Shown here: in pieces, positions 58,252 to 64,000 of the stretch
Numbering within the stretch: position 1 is the stretch's first letter
Layout of the letters: every line of letters begins with the position of its first letter
DNA from: Deltaproteobacteria bacterium
Lineage (GTDB): Bacteria; JAGRBM01; JAHCIT01
Assembly (NCBI GenBank): GCA_026129095.1
Contig: JAHCIT010000002.1
Span: forward strand, 450,530 to 514,529
Direction: 5' to 3'
DNA: 64,000 nucleotides
Position numbers and translations under genes: made by a program
The notes under the pieces: generated by a model
Seen by the model: the letters and a program-made list of their open reading frames with translations, nothing else
The model's database searches: none
Told to the model about the DNA's origin: nothing

Positions 58252-59511
58252 CTAGTTACTGTTTTCTTGGGTGTTTTCCAGTTCCTGCTCCTCAAGCCCT
58301 ACCGTGAGGGTCGCGAGGTTTCCGATCCAGTCAAGTACAGCGAGGCTTTCGGGCGTGAGAATCGGTGTGGCAGAAACGATCTCTCCTGTCGAGAGCGGCT
58401 CCAGGCAGATCTTCTGGAACTGGGCACCCCGGGCATTCAGGTTCTCGCGAGCCGAGCGGGTTCCATGGCTGCGGAAGAAGGCACCGATGGAGCGGTGTCC
58501 AATCCGGTACAAAACCGGCTCGATAACGAATTCATTCAACCGGTCTGCCGTCGGGATTCCCTCCTGAATGACCACGGACGTAACCGGTGCCCTGCCCTTG
58601 GTAACATGCATGGAGTTGCGCTGCTTGCGGTTCAACCTCAACAGCTCATCTCCGCTTTCGGCTTCCATTACCGACATGCCGTATGTGCCTGCGTCCGACT
58701 TTACAACGACATAGGGATGGTATCCGGTCTTTCGGGCTTCGTAGACGCGGGTCAAGTCCGCCACCATGCGGTCCGCTTCGGCAGCCACCTGATCCATGCC
58801 GGTACCGGTAAGAAAGTTGATGCCTGTAACCAGCCGCGTCTCGACCGTGAGCGAAAACGGCTCCACGCCGGTAACATCGGCAAACTCCCGGGCAAGCTGG
58901 TTATAGATTTCAAATGACCGGTGCTTCGATCTCTGGTGCCACCCAAGACCCGTTTTCGGCAATATGGGCTGCGATATCTGCAACAGCTCGGGCGGAGGGC
59001 CCCCCAGAAGATCGTGGTTGAGAATCACGGCATCCGGTATGCCCGACGAACTGGCCAGTTTCCCGTCCAAAACGCGCCCCCTTTCGAGCACCAGCGTTCT
59101 GCCTTCGGGTAGCTCCACCGGAACGCGGTCAACCGTCTGCTCCGGATGCAGGCTCACGACTGTCGTTGGATAGCCCGCCTGAGCGAGCATTTGCTGAAGC
59201 GCATAAAGGTTCTCAATGTATCCGACATTGACCGTATGAAACTCGGGAACCAGGGCGAGAGAACGGGCCCCTGGCAGGCGGCGGGACAGGGTTTCACGGA
59301 AGGCGCGCACTCCACGATCGAAATCCTCTGGACAAAGCAGTGAAAATCCTGCCGGGAAGCAATTGATATCAACCGGCGCGATTTTCGGACCCGAATGACG
59401 GATATCCATGCTGACAGTGAACGGCTCTGGGACTCCACGTGAACGGGCTATCCACCAGTCATCAAGTGGCTTTTTCCGTTCCACCAGTCTTGCGGCGATT
59501 TCGGAGATCAT
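58252..59511 (-). CDS. gshA: Glutamate-cysteine ligase, GshA (PF08886-like) type
   Basis: PF..S.DIR.SG.KIAPVD.N.FPAGF, PE.HT.N..Y, LNHDL, GW..RSK, KSDAGTYGM, IQEG, ENLN..G. Confidence 0.85.
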   Translation of the reverse strand: MISEIAARLVERKKPLDDWWIARSRGVPEPFTVSMDIRHSGPKIAPVDINCFPAGFSLLCPEDFDRGVRAFRETLSRRLPGARSLALVPEFHTVNVGYIENLYALQQMLAQAGYPTTVVSLHPEQTVDRVPVELPEGRTLVLERGRVLDGKLASSSGIPDAVILNHDLLGGPPPELLQISQPILPKTGLGWHQRSKHRSFEIYNQLAREFADVTGVEPFSLTVETRLVTGINFLTGTGMDQVAAEADRMVADLTRVYEARKTGYHPYVVVKSDAGTYGMSVMEAESGDELLRLNRKQRNSMHVTKGRAPVTSVVIQEGIPTADRLNEFVIEPVLYRIGHRSIGAFFRSHGTRSARENLNARGAQFQKICLEPLSTGEIVSATPILTPESLAVLDWIGNLATLTVGLEEQELENTQENSN

Positions 59512-59581
59512 GTGCTCTCCCGTTCCAAGATGCAGGCGACCCAGCCGGGCGGGTGTTACTGGAAATGCCGCACAGCCAAAC

Positions 59582-60679
59582 TCATCCTGCCCCTACGGTA
59601 CTGGCCTTTACAAAGGGCGTTGGAACCACCTCGGCCGGCATCCATTGGCCCCGGATTTCAATTTCAAAAACCACGCCTGTACGCGCCTGCGACGCAGGTA
59701 GATAGCAGAGTCCTATCGATTTGTCGGTGGTTGGCGTCTTGGTCCCACTCCGGACCTCGCCTGACTCCCCCAGGTAAGTACGCACCTTGTAGTGCTGCCG
59801 CGCAATGCCATTACCCTTGAACTCAAATCCGATCAGTTTTTTCCCCACGCCTGCCTGTTTCTGGTTCCACAAACACTCGCGACCGATAAAATCGTGCGTC
59901 AATTTCACTGCCCACCCCAGGCCAGCCTCCAGTGGTGTATCCTGCGGTGTAATGTCGTTTCCGTGGAGCGGATATTTCATTTCCAGCCGGAGTGTATCCC
60001 GCGCTCCAAGACCGGCGGGGCTCACTTCACGGTTCGACAGCAGCAAATCCCACAATTCCGGTCCAAACCGGCTTTCGACATACAGCTCAAAACCATCCTC
60101 GCCCGTATAGCCAGACCGTGAAATGAGGACGGGATGTCCGCCCATTTCTCCGGACACCGCGTGCATATAGAGAAGCTTTGCCAGGTCGGTTCGGGTATGC
60201 CGGGAAAGCACTTCGACCGCCCTAGGTCCCTGAAGCGCAAGCTGCGCCCAAGCCTCGGACACAAAAGCCGGATCACAGATATTTTTCGTGTGGTCCCGTA
60301 TCCAGTCATAGTCAACAAACTGATTGCCGGCGTTCACGACAGCGAAATAGTGCGTATCGCCAAGACGGTAAACGATAACATCGTCGATGATCCCGCCTTC
60401 GGGGTTGCAGAGCAGCGTGTACTGGGCCTGACCCACCGCCAATTTTGATGCGTCATTGGTAAAAACCCGCTGGCAGGCCTCCAGTGCGCGAGGACCGCGA
60501 AAATCGATTTCTCCCATATGCGACACATCGAACAGTCCCGCTGAGCCACGCACTGCTTTATGCTCGGCGATCACTCCCTGATACTGGACCGGCATTTCCC
60601 AGCCAGCGAACGGCACCATACGGGCACCCAGAGCGACATGTCTTTCAAACAACGGAGTTCGACGAAGTGTGTCGGTCAT
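59582..60679 (-). CDS. gcvT: Glycine cleavage system T protein
   Basis: FAGWEMPVQY, GLFDVSHMGE, SGYTGEDGFE, GLGARDTLRLE. Confidence 0.96.
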   Translation of the reverse strand: MTDTLRRTPLFERHVALGARMVPFAGWEMPVQYQGVIAEHKAVRGSAGLFDVSHMGEIDFRGPRALEACQRVFTNDASKLAVGQAQYTLLCNPEGGIIDDVIVYRLGDTHYFAVVNAGNQFVDYDWIRDHTKNICDPAFVSEAWAQLALQGPRAVEVLSRHTRTDLAKLLYMHAVSGEMGGHPVLISRSGYTGEDGFELYVESRFGPELWDLLLSNREVSPAGLGARDTLRLEMKYPLHGNDITPQDTPLEAGLGWAVKLTHDFIGRECLWNQKQAGVGKKLIGFEFKGNGIARQHYKVRTYLGESGEVRSGTKTPTTDKSIGLCYLPASQARTGVVFEIEIRGQWMPAEVVPTPFVKASTVGAG

Positions 60680-60692
60680 GGATTTCCTGTAA

Positions 60693-61556
60693 TTAGCGGT
60701 TCTTTCCAACCGTGCGCTCGGCGGCAATCAGGGTGTTTTCCATCAGCTTGGCAATAGTCATGGGCCCCACGCCGCCGGGCACCGGCGTAATGAAACCGGC
60801 CCGCTGACTGGCGGCACCGAATTCCACGTCACCCACGAGCTTTCCGCCAGGCAAACGGTTGATACCTACGTCGATAACAACCGCTCCCTCGCGGATCCAG
60901 TCGCCTTTCACAAATTCTGCCCTGCCAACGGCCGCTACAACCAGACCAGCTCTCCGCACCGATTCGGGCAGGTTTCTGGTTCTGGAATGGCAGATGGTAA
61001 CCGTGGCGTTCTGCTCCAGCAGCATGAGAGCAACGGGCTTTCCCACGATATTGCTTCGCCCGATCACCACCGCTTCCTCACCCTCTATCCTGATGCCAGT
61101 CGACCGGATGAGATCAAGGCAGCCTGACGGGGTGCACGGGCGAAAACCCTCCAGTCCAGATGCCAGAGCGCCCACGTTCATGGGATGAAAACCATCTACA
61201 TCTTTCCGGGGATCAATACGTAGTAAAACCGCACGCTCATCGACCTGTTTGGGAAGCGGAAGCTGCACCAGAATGCCGTGAATATCCGGCCGGGCATTCA
61301 GGGAGTCTACCACCTTTAGGAGTTCTTCCTGTGTTACCGTTCCAGGCAGGTCAATCTGTTCGGAATGAAAACCGGCCTCCGCCGCCGCCTTGCCCTTGTT
61401 CCGGACATAAACCTGGGAAGCCGGATCGCTTCCAGCGAGCACGACGGCGAGGCCTGGGCGGACCCCGTGTGTACGTTCCAGTTCGCCAGCCAGAACGGCA
61501 ATACCCTTGCGAAGAGTGGCTGCGATCTCTTTTCCGTCGATAATTTGCGCGGCCAT
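60693..61556 (-). CDS. folD: Methylene-THF dehydrogenase/cyclohydrolase
   Basis: [45 protein letters not shown]. Confidence 0.97.
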   Translation of the reverse strand: MAAQIIDGKEIAATLRKGIAVLAGELERTHGVRPGLAVVLAGSDPASQVYVRNKGKAAAEAGFHSEQIDLPGTVTQEELLKVVDSLNARPDIHGILVQLPLPKQVDERAVLLRIDPRKDVDGFHPMNVGALASGLEGFRPCTPSGCLDLIRSTGIRIEGEEAVVIGRSNIVGKPVALMLLEQNATVTICHSRTRNLPESVRRAGLVVAAVGRAEFVKGDWIREGAVVIDVGINRLPGGKLVGDVEFGAASQRAGFITPVPGGVGPMTIAKLMENTLIAAERTVGKNR

Positions 61557-61610
61557 GCGGAAGGTATGTATCCGGGCCGTACCCTGAAGGGCAATTCAGG
61601 AAATAAGGGG

Positions 61611-62006
61611 TCAGCTGGGAAGCGACTTCAGCTGCTTGATAAGCGCCTGGCAGTCGCCAAAAAGCTGTCCGATCTTCCCCGGCTTGGCGAGTTTGACCGC
61701 GAGGAAGATCTTGTCATCAAGTTGATAGAAGAGAATCCCGCCCCTGTCGGCCAGGACCACCATCGAAAAAAGCCGGTTACAGTCGAGCTCGCTCACAATC
61801 GTCGGCGCGGCAGCCGACACCGCCGACACCATGCCCCCCAGCTTCAGATCCAGCTCGCCGGATTCGTCTTTCGGATAGGAATGAATCACCACCCCATCGT
61901 CCGACACGAGGCTGATTGCACCGACCAGCGGACGCTCTTCGACAAACTTCTTGAAGATTCCCGAGATCACTTCGAAGTTCGCCGAGACGATATCATCCAG
62001 ACTCAT
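61611..62006 (-). CDS. Orphan Roadblock/LC7-domain protein
   Basis: GAISLVSDDGVVI, helix (LGGMVSAV), beta-meander, KIGQL. Confidence 0.7.
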   Translation of the reverse strand: MSLDDIVSANFEVISGIFKKFVEERPLVGAISLVSDDGVVIHSYPKDESGELDLKLGGMVSAVSAAAPTIVSELDCNRLFSMVVLADRGGILFYQLDDKIFLAVKLAKPGKIGQLFGDCQALIKQLKSLPS

Positions 62007-62085
62007 AACGCGGGAATCCTTACCTGCATGCGGAAATTATTGCGATAATGCCCCGGCAGGACCGGAAAGTAAAGCCCTAACATTA

Positions 62086-62709
62086 TCAGGGGGTTGCGGG
62101 TTTTTTCGGCGGGGGGGGCGGATCGCCTGCCCTGCGCATGAGCAGGGCCGTGACAATCGTAACCTGCAGTGCGGCCGGGTTAGTGGTTTGTCCGGATGCG
62201 GTTCCAAGCACGCGGCCTGTTTTATCCACCACGATGTAGTGAGGAGCAAGCTTCGGGTCCGTTCCGAGCACTCCGGCCACGACACCATCCAGATCAAACA
62301 TCACCGGCCGCTCATAATGCCGGTTCTCCAATAACTTGCCCAGGTCTTCCGGCTTGCCCGTAACCAGATACAGAAGCTTGGCATTCGCCTTGATGATGGC
62401 GTTTGCCAATGCCCGGTTCGATCCCGCCGCCCGGTCGCACAGGTCGCAATCTTCGGTCTCGATAATCAGAACCAACGCCTCAACGCCCGGATCTTTCAGG
62501 AATGACCGGATCGTTCCCATCCCGGTCACCCCATTTATCAGTACCGGGAGCTCCGTATCGAGTGCGATGCCGGCCGCGCCGACGACGCTCGCCACTGGCC
62601 TGGCAACTGCCATCGGGACGGTTGTCAGTAGTATCGCCAGCACAGTGGCTGCGATACTGAATGCGGATCCAAACCGGACCATCTTCCGAAAAACTCCATC
62701 CGTTTTCAT
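62086..62709 (-). CDS. Exported thioredoxin-fold (TlpA/AhpC-like) protein
   Basis: N-terminal hydrophobic segment, CDLC, FDLDG, P..IVVDK.G.V. Confidence 0.65.
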   Translation of the reverse strand: MKTDGVFRKMVRFGSAFSIAATVLAILLTTVPMAVARPVASVVGAAGIALDTELPVLINGVTGMGTIRSFLKDPGVEALVLIIETEDCDLCDRAAGSNRALANAIIKANAKLLYLVTGKPEDLGKLLENRHYERPVMFDLDGVVAGVLGTDPKLAPHYIVVDKTGRVLGTASGQTTNPAALQVTIVTALLMRRAGDPPPPPKKPATP

Positions 62710-62750
62710 GACAAACCGGTTATAACGCCTGTCGAAAGAGAGTTGAAGTG

Positions 62751-63041
62751 ATGCCACATTTCATCCTGATAGGTCGCGATGGCCCGGACGCACTTGAGCG
62801 GCGGCTTAAGGCGCGTGACGAGCATCTGGCCGGTCTCAGGGAACTCGAAAAAGCAGGTAAACTCGTCGTCGCCGGTCCCATCCGGAATGGCGACAAGCCG
62901 GTGGGGACCGTTGCCATTTTTGAAAGCGACAGCCTGGAAACGGCTCGCTCACTCATGGACCGGGATCCGTATGTGCGCGAAGGTGTATTCGAATCCTGGT
63001 CGGTTGAGCCGTACTTGGTGGTTCTGCCGAAACGGGAATAG
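62751..63041 (+). CDS. YciI-family protein
   Basis: R...R..HL, AGP, DPYV..GV. Confidence 0.9.
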   Translation: MPHFILIGRDGPDALERRLKARDEHLAGLRELEKAGKLVVAGPIRNGDKPVGTVAIFESDSLETARSLMDRDPYVREGVFESWSVEPYLVVLPKRE

Positions 63042-63045
63042 TGTT

Positions 63046-63576
63046 TTATACCCCCGGAAACATCCGTCCGTTTTCCTTAACCAGTACAATGCCCCAGTAG
63101 ATGATAATTCCGATCAGCACGATAAGGATCCAGTGAAGTCTTTTCAGCTTGTGCTGATAAAGCAGCAATGCCGCGTCACGGTCAGCGGCGGGAACAAGTC
63201 CCTTCGCAATCCGGATGTATTTCATTCCGAGAGCGAACATGGCCATCGACATAAGCATCACGTACAAAAACACGAAACCGAGTTTGATGCCCAGCACCGG
63301 ACCCACCTGGCGGAAATAATCCAGCCCATAGGCAGCCTTGTATTTGAGCAGGTTCACCACTCCGCTCATAAACATGAACAGCATCAAATACCCGTTGATA
63401 TTGATAAAAAGCCGCACCGTTTCGACCTTGCGGTCAAGAAACTCTTCCTCGTTTGGGAGTTTTGAGGCCAACGGCAGGTAAAAAAACACAAAAAACGCCA
63501 TACCGCCCAGCGACAGTGCCGTGGACGCGAGATGCACCCACAGGGCTAGCGTATCAAAATCAATGTAGGCCTTCAT
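63046..63576 (-). CDS. Four-TM membrane protein (CopD/DUF2269-like)
   Basis: WVHL....LGG, SG..N, L.IKL patterns; four hydrophobic helices. Confidence 0.6.
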   Translation of the reverse strand: MKAYIDFDTLALWVHLASTALSLGGMAFFVFFYLPLASKLPNEEEFLDRKVETVRLFININGYLMLFMFMSGVVNLLKYKAAYGLDYFRQVGPVLGIKLGFVFLYVMLMSMAMFALGMKYIRIAKGLVPAADRDAALLLYQHKLKRLHWILIVLIGIIIYWGIVLVKENGRMFPGV

Positions 63577-63633
63577 GCGTTCCCGGCCGGAGCGGGTGGC
63601 TTTACTGCCACCGGCCGCCGCGCCGAGCGCTCC

Positions 63634-63999
63634 CTAGCCTGTCCGGAGTCTGGTGTCGAGCAGTTCCAGAAAGAGGTCCGTGGCGGCCGGATCATAAAGT
63701 GAACCCCTTCCGTCCACATAGTGTTCCTTGATCATTTCCGTAGTCCATGCCTGCTTGTAACTGCGGACAGTAGCGAGAGCGTCATATACCTCCACCATGA
63801 TCAGGATATGGCCCGCCAGGGAGATATCGGAGCCACCGAGGCCCCTTGGATAACCGGAGCCATCGTACCGCTCGTGATGCTCGTAGACATATCGCCGTTC
63901 CTCCGCGAGGGATGGCACCTGGGCGAGAATCTGGTCGCCAATGGCCGGGTGCTGCCGGATCTGGTCTCTTTCGTCTTTCGTCAGCGGACCGCCCTTCTG
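63634..63999 (-). CDS. HD-GYP domain protein, 3' part (starts beyond the window)
   Basis: LT..E...I.QHP.IG, HHERYDGSGYP.GL, YDAL...RSYK. Confidence 0.9.
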   Translation of the reverse strand, partial: QKGGPLTKDERDQIRQHPAIGDQILAQVPSLAEERRYVYEHHERYDGSGYPRGLGGSDISLAGHILIMVEVYDALATVRSYKQAWTTEMIKEHYVDGRGSLYDPAATDLFLELLDTRLRTG

Positions 64000-64000
64000 C

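Overview
A gene-dense, roughly 60% GC core-chromosome segment, most likely from a deltaproteobacterium in the broad sense (Myxococcota-like). The clues are ybaB-recR-mglB-mglA synteny, a Myxococcus-like MglA, MJ0042 zinc-ribbon/GYF/TPR proteins, a PilZ protein and tandem PilT paralogs. Housekeeping genes include purH, pcnB, yajQ, thiG, thiE, lexA, mutY, an RluB-like synthase, tRNA-fMet, shc, gshA, gcvT and folD. Zinc-homeostasis genes (COG0523 GTPase, ZIP transporter, Zur-like regulator) and several orphan lipoproteins are also present. I see no CRISPR array, IS element, integrase or rRNA. The most unusual observations are: (1) a BASS transporter fused in frame to poly(A) polymerase I; (2) a tandem-MarR protein behind a lipoprotein-like signal/membrane anchor; (3) a sigma54 promoter with enhancer-like sites pointing into an ORF-less structured region (candidate sRNA); (4) two PilT paralogs that have each lost a different His-box histidine; (5) a plant-FAAH-like amidase whose N-terminal cap is a separate, translationally coupled gene; (6) a GerW/YtfJ-YtfI-GerW-like triplet behind mglBA; (7) several leader hairpins that could hide ribosome-binding sites. 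All assignments come from motif recognition by eye; no database search was run.
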